In this document: in pieces, positions 27,673-36,167 of the stretch | Layout of the letters: every line of letters starts with the position of its first letter | Numbering within the stretch: position 1 is the stretch's first letter | Source of the DNA: Gemmatimonadales bacterium | Lineage (GTDB): Bacteria > Gemmatimonadota > Gemmatimonadetes > Gemmatimonadales > GWC2-71-9 | Direction: 5' to 3' | DNA: 64,000 nt | NCBI GenBank assembly: GCA_036006525.1 | Contig: DASYPP010000062.1 | Coordinates: 10,958-74,957 of the forward strand | Position numbers and translations under genes: made by a program | The notes under the pieces: model-generated | What the model was told of the DNA's origin: nothing | What the model saw: the letters and a program-made list of their open reading frames with translations, nothing else | Database searches by the model: none

Positions 27673-28152
27673 TCAGAGTCGCCAGGCGGCGCCGAGCGAC
27701 ACGCGAAAAAATGATATCCCCTCGACTCTGGTCCAGCGGCCCTCGACGTAGATCTGGGTGCCGGGCCGGGGGATGGGCTTGAAGCCGATGAACAGGTTGA
27801 AGCCGGTGCGGGTCTCCTTGCCGCCGCCAAAGTCCCGGTGGAACCAGGCGGCACCGGCGCCAAGATAGGCCAGGTCGCGGGCGCCGTGGAGGGCGATGTC
27901 TCCGTTCAATTGATAGTTGTGGTCTCCGCCCAGGGCGACGTCACCGCTGGGGCGAAGGTCAATCGCGCCGAATATCGGCATCCGGAAATACCCTCCAGCG
28001 ATCCACTCGTCGTCTTTGAACTGGCGGCCGACCTGGATACCCACCTCGGGGCTCACCACCGGCCTGCTGTTCCGGCCGCCCTGGGCGTGGGCGATGGAAA
28101 CGAGGAGAGCGGGGAGCAGTGAAGGAAGCAACCACCTGGCGCATCGCGTCAT
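27673..28152 (-). CDS. small outer-membrane beta-barrel protein (putative)
   Basis: ATG 28152 with signal peptide (LLPSLLPALLVSIAHAQG). Alternating hydrophobic beta-strand pattern and an aromatic C-terminus (LGAAWRL). No family named. Confidence 0.6.
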   Translation of the reverse strand: MTRCARWLLPSLLPALLVSIAHAQGGRNSRPVVSPEVGIQVGRQFKDDEWIAGGYFRMPIFGAIDLRPSGDVALGGDHNYQLNGDIALHGARDLAYLGAGAAWFHRDFGGGKETRTGFNLFIGFKPIPRPGTQIYVEGRWTRVEGISFFRVSLGAAWRL

Positions 28153-28156
28153 GGAG

Positions 28157-30430
28157 TCAGTGCCCGCTTGCATTGTTGGGGCCGAGGACCTCGCGGACTC
28201 GCTGGGCGAGATCCTGCGGCGTGAATGGCTTCTGGAGAAACTGGACGCCGGTCTCCAGCACGCCATGGCGTCCGATGGCTTCGTCGGCGTAGCCCGACAT
28301 GTAGAGCACCCGCAGGCCGGGTTGTTCCCGGGACAGTCGCTCGGCCATCTCGGGGCCACTCATCCCCGGCATGACCACGTCGGTCAGCACCAGGTCCAGC
28401 GGGCCGGTATGCTCGGAGACCAACCGCAGGGCCTCCTGCCCGTTCGCCGCTTCCAGCACGACGTATCCCTTGCTGAGGAGGACCCGTCGCGCGAGCCGGC
28501 GGACCGAGACCTCGTCCTCCACCAGAAGAATAGTCTCGGACCCCCGTGCCGCGGTGCCCAGGCCGGGACCGGTGGTCGTCGAGTCCAGCGGTGCGTCCAC
28601 TCGAGGCAGGTAGATGCGGATCGCGGTCCCGTTGCCCGGCGCCGATTCTACCGTAATGTACCCGCCGCTCTGCTTGACGATCCCGTAGACCGTGGCGAGT
28701 CCCAGGCCGGTACCCTTGCCGATGTCCTTGGTGGTGAAGAACGGTTCGAAGAGGTGACCCCGGGTATGCTCGCTCATGCCATTGCCGGTGTCCGTCATGA
28801 CCAGCGCCACGCACGCCGGCGGCGGATCCTTCCATTCCGCCGGGGCGTCGGCGTTCTCGGTGGAGATGATCAGCGTGCCGCCCTCCGGCATGGCGTCACG
28901 GGAGTTGATGGCGAGGTTGAGCAGGATCTGCTCCAGCTGGGTCGGATCGGCCCGGACTCTCCCCAGCCGGGGATGCGAGCGGGTGATGAGTTCGATGTCC
29001 TCGCCGATCAGCCGCGCCAGCATTCGCCGGGTCCCCTCGATGACGGTGTTCAGGTCGAGGGTCTTGGGATTCAGCACCTGGCGGCGGCTGAAGGCGAGCA
29101 GCTGGTGGGTGAGAGACGCCGCGCGGGTAGCCGCCTTGCGAATCTCCTCGAGGTCTTCCCTGGCCGACCCCACGTCCTCCAGGTCCAGGGCCAGCAGCTC
29201 GGCGGATCCCAGGATGGCGGTGAGCAGGTTATTGAAATCGTGGGCGATACCGCCCGCCAGCCGGCCGACCGCTTCCATCTTCGCGCCCTGGCGGAGCCGC
29301 GCTTCCATCTCGTTCCGGTCGGTGACATCGCGAGCCACCAGCAGGTGGCGACCCGGGAGGACGTGCGCCCTCGCGCTCAGCTCGACCTCGCGCCGGGTAT
29401 GTTCATCCAGCCTCAGGGTAAAGTTTCCCTTGAACTCTCCCGCCTCGATGAACTCCGTCCATCTCTCGACCACGGGAAACTCCGGAGGGCAGAACCGGTC
29501 GATCACCTGCTGGATCAGTTGTTCCCGTGGCAGCCGGAACAGCTGGGCCGCGGCGGGATTGGCGTCGAGGAACCGGCGGTCGTCGCCGATCAGCACCATG
29601 GCGTCCAGTGCGGCGTCGAACAGCGCGCGGAACTGGCGTTCCCGCTCCAGGAGGTCCCGCTCGTTCTCCTTGCGTTCCGAGATGTCGCGGATCGTCGCCA
29701 CCACGGCACGCACCGCGGACTCGCCGAGCCGATTGACGGTGACGACCTCAAGGTGCTTCCAGCCTCCGTCCGCGCTCTTGTGGCGATACTGGCTCAGGAT
29801 GGCCGCTCCCGGCCGATTCAGGCATTCGGAAAACAGTCGCATCGCCCCCGGCCTGTCCTCGGGATGGATGAAGTCGAAGAGGCTGTGCCCGATCAGCTGC
29901 TCCACCTGGTAGCCCAGGATCGCGGTGGTGGACCGGCTGGCGTAGAGGATTGTCCCGTCCTGGCCCAGGCGCTTGATGCCGTCGGACAGGTTTTCGACCA
30001 GGGCGCGAAAGCGTTCTTCACTCTTCTGGAGTTCCTCGAAATGGAGGGCGCGGTCAATCGCGCCGCGGAGCGAGTGCTCGAGGGCGTATTCATCCAGGCG
30101 GGTCTTGTCGAGGTAGTCCGAGGAGCCGGCCAGCAGGGCGTCCAGCGTCAGGCCGTCCGCGTTCGCGCCGGTGAGGAGAATCATGGGGGCCACGCATCCG
30201 GCAGCCACTGCCGCCCGCACCAGGTCGAGGCCGGCGCGTTCCCCGATCCGATAATCGATGAGGTAGGCGTCGAACTTCTGGCCCTTCAGCGCATTCAGTC
30301 CTTCATCGAAACGGGGCGTCCATTCCAGTTGAAACCGGTCGAAGCGGGCCGACTGGAGCAGACGCCGGGTCTGGACGAAGTCATCCTCGTTGTCGTCAAT
30401 CAACAATACCCGAATGAACCGTTCGGTCAT
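28157..30430 (-). CDS. hybrid sensor histidine kinase/response regulator (REC-PAS-PAS-HisKA-HATPase-REC)
   Basis: N-terminal receiver (VLLIDDNEDD), PAS-like segments, H-box [16 protein letters not shown] boxes (LNLAINSRDAMPEGG, DTGNGM, GTGLGLATVYG) and a C-terminal receiver (ILLVEDE...LVLTDVVMPGMSG). Confidence 0.9.
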   Translation of the reverse strand: MTERFIRVLLIDDNEDDFVQTRRLLQSARFDRFQLEWTPRFDEGLNALKGQKFDAYLIDYRIGERAGLDLVRAAVAAGCVAPMILLTGANADGLTLDALLAGSSDYLDKTRLDEYALEHSLRGAIDRALHFEELQKSEERFRALVENLSDGIKRLGQDGTILYASRSTTAILGYQVEQLIGHSLFDFIHPEDRPGAMRLFSECLNRPGAAILSQYRHKSADGGWKHLEVVTVNRLGESAVRAVVATIRDISERKENERDLLERERQFRALFDAALDAMVLIGDDRRFLDANPAAAQLFRLPREQLIQQVIDRFCPPEFPVVERWTEFIEAGEFKGNFTLRLDEHTRREVELSARAHVLPGRHLLVARDVTDRNEMEARLRQGAKMEAVGRLAGGIAHDFNNLLTAILGSAELLALDLEDVGSAREDLEEIRKAATRAASLTHQLLAFSRRQVLNPKTLDLNTVIEGTRRMLARLIGEDIELITRSHPRLGRVRADPTQLEQILLNLAINSRDAMPEGGTLIISTENADAPAEWKDPPPACVALVMTDTGNGMSEHTRGHLFEPFFTTKDIGKGTGLGLATVYGIVKQSGGYITVESAPGNGTAIRIYLPRVDAPLDSTTTGPGLGTAARGSETILLVEDEVSVRRLARRVLLSKGYVVLEAANGQEALRLVSEHTGPLDLVLTDVVMPGMSGPEMAERLSREQPGLRVLYMSGYADEAIGRHGVLETGVQFLQKPFTPQDLAQRVREVLGPNNASGH

Positions 30431-30482
30431 GTACTGGACTATGGCGGGATAAGAGGCTCCGCGCCAGAGCAGCACAGAAACA

Positions 30483-30573
30483 GGACAGAGGACTAAGGAC
30501 TAAGGACTAAGGACTAAGGACTAAAGGGCCGAGGCGGGTTAGTCCTTAGTCCATAGTCCTTAGTCCTTTGTTC
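30483..30573. repeat. tandem-repeat-armed hairpin (GGACTAA x5-6 / TTAGTCC x5, 13-nt loop)
   Basis: aggactaaggactaaggactaaggactaa pairs with ttagtccttagtccatagtccttagtcct, giving 29 bp with one mismatch. The right arm abuts TAA 30574-76. Confidence 0.9.
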
Positions 30574-31182
30574 TTAGCGCCGGCGCAGCATTCGAGCGGC
30601 GGGGATGCCAAGGACCAGCCCGAGACCGGCAACCAGCAGGGCGCCATCGGCTCCCCGGTCACCCGGCTCGTTACCGCCCAGCATGGCCGTCTGCTGCCGC
30701 AGCGCGGCGTCCACGTCTTCACTGGTGACCCTGCGCGGTACGATCCACCGCCCGCCTTCCACTTCCCGGCTCGGTACCTGGACCGACGCAACCTGGCCTT
30801 GCTTGCCCAGTGTCACCAGCATGCCGCAACCCTCGTGTCCCTCGCCCATGTTCAGGGCGAGAACCCACACGCCCTGCGCCGCGGGGCTGTAGCGCACGGC
30901 GAATACGCCGGGCTTGTCGGTCGCAGTGATTTCCAGCCGAATGGTCTGGCGGCGGCCGTTCAGGATTCCTTCCGCGGTGCCGCTCAGCTGATACTGGGTC
31001 GGAGTCCCGTGATGATAGGTGTGGACCAGGAAGAAGGCGCCGCGAGTGGAGGCCTCGTGAGGATTGGCCGGCATCTCGAGTGATATCCAGGGCGGGCCGG
31101 CGTGAGCGGGAGTCGCGGCGGCCAGTCCGCCGGTGAGGACCAGGGCCGTGGCAACGGTCCAGCGAAGTAGGGGAGCAGACAT
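30574..31182 (-). CDS. hypothetical secreted protein with C-terminal membrane anchor
   Basis: Signal peptide (ALVLTGGLAAATPAHA). C-terminal GALLVAGLGLVLGIPAARMLRRR. Last gene of the minus-strand ECF operon. GAGGA lies 8 nt upstream of the ATG. Confidence 0.55.
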   Translation of the reverse strand: MSAPLLRWTVATALVLTGGLAAATPAHAGPPWISLEMPANPHEASTRGAFFLVHTYHHGTPTQYQLSGTAEGILNGRRQTIRLEITATDKPGVFAVRYSPAAQGVWVLALNMGEGHEGCGMLVTLGKQGQVASVQVPSREVEGGRWIVPRRVTSEDVDAALRQQTAMLGGNEPGDRGADGALLVAGLGLVLGIPAARMLRRR

Positions 31183-31188
31183 TGGAAT

Positions 31189-31224
31189 ATCCTCGTGTGA
31201 AAGGAGCGGGCGATTGACGAGGAT
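31189..31224 (-). promoter_or_regulatory. hairpin that can sequester the SD of the 30574..31182 gene
   Basis: Minus-strand RNA AUCCUCGU-N20-ACGAGGAU. The 3' arm contains GAGGA, 8 nt upstream of the ATG. Confidence 0.3.
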
Positions 31225-31254
31225 GAGATGCCGCGGCAGGAGGCAGGGTTGGGA

Positions 31255-32157
31255 CTATTTCTTTCGCAGGAAAATGGGACCCTTGAATGTCCGCACGATC
31301 ACGTTGGCGGTTCCCGGCTGGACCGTGAAGTGGAGCTCCTGTCCCTCGCCTTGCCTGAGGGGTCGCCGCTCCGGAGCAAACCCGTTGCTGATCGTACCCT
31401 GGTAGGTCGTGAGGTCGAACTCGGCGGCGAGATCGGCGGAGAGCAGCAGGTCAACCGGGCCGCTATGACTCTCGGCGCTCAGCGCTCCGTCCCGCGCCAG
31501 CGGGCCGGAAAAATTGACCCTCCCGCTCACCGTCTCCATGCGAAGCCGTCGCATGCCGGAGGAAAGCAGGGTAATGTCGCCGCTCACCGTCGTGGCGCCC
31601 ACGTCTTCTCCGCTGCCTCGCAACGTGATGGTCCCGCTCGCGGTCTTGGCCCGGATCCACGGCCCGGTGGCCGTGATATTGATACTGCCATCCATGGTTT
31701 CAAGGTTGAGCTGATCGGGGTTGCCGTCGAACTGGATGTTGCCGCTGGTGCTGGAGACATCGACGCCACCTTCCAGGCCGGACAAGGTGATGGTGGCAGT
31801 CGCCGCCTTGATCCAGAGCCGGGCCCGGGTGGGGACCTTCACGACCAGGTGCGCCGGAGCCTGATCCAGCTCCATGGGAGACTCGATTCCCATCTTGACC
31901 CCCTGGGCACCACCGCCGAAGAAGAAGCGGTTCTTCAGCGGGTCACCGATGGTCGCCACCACCGAAATGGTATCCCGGTCCCAGCCTTCCACCCGCACCG
32001 ACCCATTCAGGTTGTAGATCCGGATCGAGGCATCCGGGTCGATCGCAATCTTCCGCTCCACTCGTTGCTCGCTGGTGGCCTGCGCCTGCGCGGCGCCACC
32101 GGGGAGAGCCGCCAGGGCGATCATGAGGGTCAGTGGAATCGAGCGCATGGTGCGCAT
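31255..32157 (-). CDS. DUF4097 (Toastrack) beta-strand-repeat protein, secreted
   Basis: Signal peptide, then repeated G-x-I/V-x-V/L strand motifs (NGSVRVEG, SGNIQFDG, DGSINITA, SGTITLRG, SGDITLLS, SGRVNFSG) typical of DUF4097. Confidence 0.8.
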   Translation of the reverse strand: MRTMRSIPLTLMIALAALPGGAAQAQATSEQRVERKIAIDPDASIRIYNLNGSVRVEGWDRDTISVVATIGDPLKNRFFFGGGAQGVKMGIESPMELDQAPAHLVVKVPTRARLWIKAATATITLSGLEGGVDVSSTSGNIQFDGNPDQLNLETMDGSINITATGPWIRAKTASGTITLRGSGEDVGATTVSGDITLLSSGMRRLRMETVSGRVNFSGPLARDGALSAESHSGPVDLLLSADLAAEFDLTTYQGTISNGFAPERRPLRQGEGQELHFTVQPGTANVIVRTFKGPIFLRKK

Positions 32158-32783
32158 CAGCTCTCCACGTTGTGAGCGGCGCGCTGCAGCAGGTCGATCT
32201 TTTTTTCGTACGAGGCCCAGAGCAGCTGGGTGACCTGCTGGTTATGCGGGTCACTGGCCAGCGCGGCCTGGGTCTCCTGAATTGCCTGGTCGATGATGTG
32301 CAGATTTTGCTCGATGACCTTAAAGGCGGGCTCGCCCAATTCCTTCCGGTGAGCTTGAAGGGAGCGCAGCAGCTCGTCGGCCGCCTGGCGATACCCTACC
32401 TCGGTGGACTGGAAGTCCTGGGTGCCAACGTATGGCTGTGGATTGCCGGTGCGAGTGAGCAGCATCGTGACCGCGGATGACAGCCCCATGAGCGCAATCG
32501 TCGCCGCGATGAGCCAGGGAGTGCGCTGCCACCGGGGCCGGACACCGGCAGCAACGGCTGCAGTTCCCCGGATCTGGTCCCGGATCCCGGGCCATAGCTC
32601 GTGCTCCGGAGCGATAGCACCGGGAAGCGCCACGGTCTTGCCCTTGAGCAAGCGTTGAAACCGGAAATCGGCGGCGCAATCGGCACAGCCGAGCAGGTGC
32701 TGCTCCACCGCTTCGGCTTCGGGGCGACTCAGGGTGCCGGCGTGGTACCGGTCGAGGTAGTCGAACAGTTCGAGGCAGGTCAT
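32157..32783 (-). CDS. anti-sigma factor (zf-HC2 type, single TM)
   Basis: N-terminal H-x3-C-x2-C (EQHLLGCADCAADF) and TM helix WLIAATIALMGLSSAVTMLL. 4-nt overlap with the sigma gene and 1-nt overlap with the DUF4097 gene. Confidence 0.8.
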   Translation of the reverse strand: MTCLELFDYLDRYHAGTLSRPEAEAVEQHLLGCADCAADFRFQRLLKGKTVALPGAIAPEHELWPGIRDQIRGTAAVAAGVRPRWQRTPWLIAATIALMGLSSAVTMLLTRTGNPQPYVGTQDFQSTEVGYRQAADELLRSLQAHRKELGEPAFKVIEQNLHIIDQAIQETQAALASDPHNQQVTQLLWASYEKKIDLLQRAAHNVES

Positions 32784-33430
32784 CGGTCCAGCATCTCCCG
32801 GAGCAGGCGGCGGGCACGGAACAACTGGGCTTTGGATGTTCCCGGAGCGACACCGCTCAGTTCAGCGATCTCTTCGTGGCGGTACCCTTCGACATCGTGC
32901 AGGACGAACACGGCCCGGGCCCCGGCGGGCAACGCGGCTATGGCGGCGTCCAGGTCCATCCGGAGACCCGGCCGAGGTGCCCGCCCCGGGGACTCCAGAT
33001 CCTCGAGTCCCTCGACCGGCCGCACCCTGCGTTCCCGTCGGCCGGTAGCTCGCTTCTCGGCCAGGACCACGTTGACGGCCAGCCGGTGCAGCCAGGTGGA
33101 GAAGGCGCTCTCACCCCGAAACGTGGCCAGCTTCCTCCAGGCCTGAACAAAGACGTCCTGGGTCAGCTCCTCGGCATGTCCCGGATCGGCGGACAGCCGC
33201 AGGCAGAGGGCGTAGATCCTCTCCACCGTCCGGTCGTACAGAGACCGGAAGGCATTCTCGTCGCCGCCCTGCGCCGCCAGAACAAGGTCGTTCACGTCGG
33301 GGACGCTGCCCTCCGAACGGCCCGGCTTGCGGCGCGGACCTGCATTGGTAAGAAGGGAGAGAGAAGGTTGCGTCGCCACACTGACTACGATGCCGGTCGG
33401 CGGCTGCGGGTTGGGATGGTACGGGCGCAC
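32780..33430 (-). CDS. RNA polymerase ECF sigma factor
   Basis: Region 2 (DVFVQAWRKLATFRGESAFSTWLHRLAVN) and region 4 (ARAVFVLHDVEGYRHEEIAELSGVAPGTSKAQLFRAR). The start is uncertain; GTG 33295 would remove a ~45-aa N-terminal extension. Confidence 0.88.
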   Translation of the reverse strand: MRPYHPNPQPPTGIVVSVATQPSLSLLTNAGPRRKPGRSEGSVPDVNDLVLAAQGGDENAFRSLYDRTVERIYALCLRLSADPGHAEELTQDVFVQAWRKLATFRGESAFSTWLHRLAVNVVLAEKRATGRRERRVRPVEGLEDLESPGRAPRPGLRMDLDAAIAALPAGARAVFVLHDVEGYRHEEIAELSGVAPGTSKAQLFRARRLLREMLDR

Positions 33431-33442
33431 GGCAGTGCGCCC

Positions 33443-33805
33443 CTACGATTCAACCTTCACCACCTCGACGATCGGGCCGATCATGCAGGTGCTCATGAGG
33501 TCGGGCCGGGCCCGGAGCTCCAGGGTGGCCTGCTTCCCGTCCTGGAGCAGGCCTTCGGGGACTCCGGACCGCGAGATCTCGAAGTGCCGGCCGTCATCGG
33601 CGTCAAAACGCCAGCAGCCGCCCTCGATTCCCACGGCCCGCACGGTTCCTGTGACTCGCATCTGGGTGGTGTCCGCAGGTTGGCCCGCCGCAGGCGTGGC
33701 GGGCTTGGTGGCATCGTCGTTCCCCGCCGAACGGCAGGCCAGGGTAACGGCCGAAGCCAGCAGCAGGGTTCCGAAGCTTCGAATCATGGTGCGCATAAGG
33801 GTCAC
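33443..33805 (-). CDS. hypothetical lipoprotein
   Basis: Lipobox AVTLAC. 120 aa with conserved-looking Cys (EGGCWRF, STCMIG). No family recognised. Confidence 0.55.
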   Translation of the reverse strand: MTLMRTMIRSFGTLLLASAVTLACRSAGNDDATKPATPAAGQPADTTQMRVTGTVRAVGIEGGCWRFDADDGRHFEISRSGVPEGLLQDGKQATLELRARPDLMSTCMIGPIVEVVKVES

Positions 33806-33808
33806 CGG

Positions 33809-34192
33809 TTACTGTCCCTGAAACTCGGCCAGCACCACACTGGTACCACAGGGCGCCCGGACGCCAAACTCCAAGGCTCCATAGAATGTAGTCCGCTTGG
33901 GGACTGTCACCTGGAGACCCTCGAGTCCGGGCAGAAACTCCTGAAGGTTCTCAACCTCGATGAACAGGTTGGCTCGGGAGACAAACGGCTCAGCCGCCAG
34001 GGCGGGAACATCCTTGGTCACGCTGGCCCGGCTCTGGTACATCACCTCTACGTTGTCCCGGGCCAGGATGACGAACCCCAGGCTGTCGCCTTCGGGAACC
34101 TCGACCGTGGCCGTGAACCCCAACCGCTCGGTCCAGAAGGGGAGGACTGGCTCGATGCGGTCCACAAAGATCACCGGCGTAAGTTTTTTCAT
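33809..34192 (-). CDS. VOC (glyoxalase/bleomycin-resistance fold) family protein
   Basis: 127 aa. A beta-alpha-beta-beta-beta module pattern (VIFVDRIEPVLPFWTERLGF ... FIEVENLQE ...), typical size and layout of single-domain VOC proteins. Confidence 0.75.
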   Translation of the reverse strand: MKKLTPVIFVDRIEPVLPFWTERLGFTATVEVPEGDSLGFVILARDNVEVMYQSRASVTKDVPALAAEPFVSRANLFIEVENLQEFLPGLEGLQVTVPKRTTFYGALEFGVRAPCGTSVVLAEFQGQ

Positions 34193-34217
34193 GAGACCCT
34201 CCTGGTCGGTTTGGTGC

Positions 34218-34247
34218 TTGACTATCTTGACTAGTCTAAATTAGACT
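34218..34247 (+). promoter_or_regulatory. candidate sigma-70-type promoter for padR (TTGACT-N18-TAGACT), implying a near-leaderless mRNA
   Basis: -35 TTGACT at 34218-23 and -10 TAGACT at 34242-47. The ATG at 34256 is only ~9 nt after the -10, and no SD is visible. Confidence 0.3.
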
Positions 34248-34249
34248 AG
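34231..34249. promoter_or_regulatory. perfect 9-1-9 palindrome CTAGTCTAA-A-TTAGACTAG, candidate PadR operator
   Basis: Lies 7 nt upstream of the padR ATG in the 63-bp AT-rich gap shared with the divergent VOC-led operon. Flanked by a direct repeat of CTTGACTA (34217-24, 34226-33). Confidence 0.5.
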
Positions 34250-34255
34250 CAGCAT

Positions 34256-34870
34256 ATGAAGCGCAACCCCCCGAGTAAATCCAAGGTCATTGGCCTCACC
34301 ACTCCGGACCTGGTGGTGCTGACGTTGCTTGCCGAGCGGCCGATGCATGGGTACGAGCTCAATGCGGAGCTGGAGCGGCGGGATGTGCGGGATTGGGCCG
34401 GGATCTCCCGGCCGCAGGTATACTATTCCATAAACAAACTCGCCGACCTTGGACTCCTCGAAACCGTGGAGTCCGCAGCCCCCGCTACCGGCCCCGACCG
34501 CCGCACCTATCGCCCCACCCCGCTGGGCCAGCGGGCCTTGGCCGATACCCTCGAGCGGTCGGAGTGGGCAACGCAACGTCCACCGCCGCCTTTCCTCACT
34601 TGGCTAGCCATGGCCTGGCAGGCCCGTCCCGGTGTGATGGAGCGGATGCTCCGGACCCGCCGCGAGTTTGTCACTGGAGAGTTGGCCCGGGAGAGGTCAA
34701 CTCTCGAGGCCATCCGGGCCGAACCAGGCGGCCCTCATACTGCTGCCCTCCTCATGGTCGAATTCGCCATCCGGCAATTCGAGCTGGAGCTGGATTGGCT
34801 GGCGGAGGCCGAGAGGCGGATGGTCTCTACCGGCCCCCAGGACTCATCCCGAACTGCACCGCAACCTTAG
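34256..34870 (+). CDS. PadR family transcriptional regulator (with C-terminal dimerisation extension)
   Basis: Winged HTH LVVLTLLAERPMHGYELNAELERRDVRDWAGISRPQVYYSINKLADLGLLE. A perfect palindrome lies immediately upstream. Confidence 0.85.
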   Translation: MKRNPPSKSKVIGLTTPDLVVLTLLAERPMHGYELNAELERRDVRDWAGISRPQVYYSINKLADLGLLETVESAAPATGPDRRTYRPTPLGQRALADTLERSEWATQRPPPPFLTWLAMAWQARPGVMERMLRTRREFVTGELARERSTLEAIRAEPGGPHTAALLMVEFAIRQFELELDWLAEAERRMVSTGPQDSSRTAPQP

Positions 34871-34898
34871 GCCCCCCTTTGCTATCCAAGTTCCCGCA

Positions 34899-35474
34899 AT
34901 GGATGACATGGGCCGCGGAGTCACGAATCTGAACCCAAAACGCGATGTGCTTCCGGCGGAGAATGACGCCGTAGACGCCGTGCTGGCCGCGGCTGGGGAC
35001 TCCCACGCCTTTGAGCGGCTCTACCGTCGCCACCTGGGCCGGATCCACAGCCTGGCTCGGCGGATGATCAATCCGGAAGAGGCCGACGATGCGACCCAGG
35101 CCGTGTTCATCCGGGCCTGGGAGAAGTTGGGGACGTTTCGAGGGGAAGCGGCGTTCGGAACCTGGCTTCACCGGCTTGCCATCAACGTGATGCTGGCCCG
35201 GCGGACCACCATCGGAACCGAACGAGGCCGGTTCAGCGAGGCCGAGGGCGTGGTGGAGCGGATGACCGGCCGGCCATCGCAGAAGGACCTCTCGATGGAC
35301 TTCGAGGAAGCCATCGAGCGGCTGCCCAACGGGGCCAGAGAAGTGTTCGTGCTGCATGACGTCGAAGGCTACAAGCACGAAGAAATCGCGGGGATGCTGG
35401 GGATCGTGACCGGGACCTCGAAAGCGCAATTACACCGTGCCCGCATGGCACTCCGCGGATATCTCGAGCGGTAG
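34899..35474 (+). CDS. RNA polymerase ECF sigma factor (paralog of 32780..33430)
   Basis: ATG 34899. Region 2 AVFIRAWEKLGTFRGEAAFGTWLHRLAIN and region 4 AREVFVLHDVEGYKHEEIAGMLGIVTGTSKAQLHRAR. Long identical runs are shared with the other sigma. Confidence 0.88.
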   Translation: MDDMGRGVTNLNPKRDVLPAENDAVDAVLAAAGDSHAFERLYRRHLGRIHSLARRMINPEEADDATQAVFIRAWEKLGTFRGEAAFGTWLHRLAINVMLARRTTIGTERGRFSEAEGVVERMTGRPSQKDLSMDFEEAIERLPNGAREVFVLHDVEGYKHEEIAGMLGIVTGTSKAQLHRARMALRGYLER

Positions 35475-35483
35475 GAGCGACTG

Positions 35484-36146
35484 ATGACCGACCAATGGAT
35501 GCACCGGCTCTCGGAATACCTCGATGGCGACCTCACCCCGGTGGAACGGAGCGAGCTGGAAGAACATCTCGCCGCCTGTGAGACCTGCCGGCGAGTGCTC
35601 GACGAGCTGCGGATCGTGATGGCGCAGGCCGCCGTGCTGCCCGACCGGGACCCCGAGGCGGATCTCTGGCCCGCCGTGCGGGACGCCATCGCCCAGGGGC
35701 GTGTGGTTCCGATCCAGGCCGCCCGGACCGCGCGCCGCTTCAGTTTCTCGCTGGCCCAGGTGCTGGCCGCCGCCGCAACGCTGGCATTGGTGTCCGCCAC
35801 GGCGATCTGGCTCGCGGTGGGAAAGCGCTCGGTCGCGGCTGGCCCATCCGTCGACACCGCCAGGATTCGACCGGTGTCCGTGAGCTTCGATCCCCGCGGC
35901 CGGGCCGACTCCGCGATCACCGAGCTGGAGCGGATCCTCGCCGAGGAGCATGGCCGGCTCGATTCCAGCACCGTCCGGATCCTGGCCGAGAACCTGGCTC
36001 TGATCGATCGGGCGATCGACCAGGCGCGCAAGGCCCTCGAGTCGGATCCCGGCAATGCCTATCTCAACGACCACCTTGCGCGGACCATGCGCAAGAAAAT
36101 TGATGTCCTTCGCCGCGCCGCCGACCTGGCGGCCGTGGCCAGCTGA
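35484..36146 (+). CDS. anti-sigma factor (zf-HC2 type, single TM; paralog of 32157..32783)
   Basis: H-x3-C-x2-C (EEHLAACETCRRV) and TM helix LAQVLAAAATLALVSATAIWL. The C-terminal helical domain resembles the other anti-sigma (LIDRAIDQARKALESDPGN versus IIDQAIQETQAALASDPHN). Confidence 0.8.
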   Translation: MTDQWMHRLSEYLDGDLTPVERSELEEHLAACETCRRVLDELRIVMAQAAVLPDRDPEADLWPAVRDAIAQGRVVPIQAARTARRFSFSLAQVLAAAATLALVSATAIWLAVGKRSVAAGPSVDTARIRPVSVSFDPRGRADSAITELERILAEEHGRLDSSTVRILAENLALIDRAIDQARKALESDPGNAYLNDHLARTMRKKIDVLRRAADLAAVAS

Positions 36147-36167
36147 TATGGAAAGGTCTGCAAACCG

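Noticed and set aside
27917-30496. 859-aa plus-strand ORF
   Set aside because: Antisense to the hybrid histidine kinase (28157..30430) and the small OMP gene. It has no recognisable motifs and a biased R/G/P/D composition. The kinase frame carries H, N and G boxes and two receiver domains.
30483-30573. CRISPR array hypothesis for the short tandem repeats (here and at 44406, 42718, 14600)
   Set aside because: Units are 7-10 nt and directly adjacent, with no unique spacers. No cas genes are in the window. The architecture is inverted-repeat hairpins.
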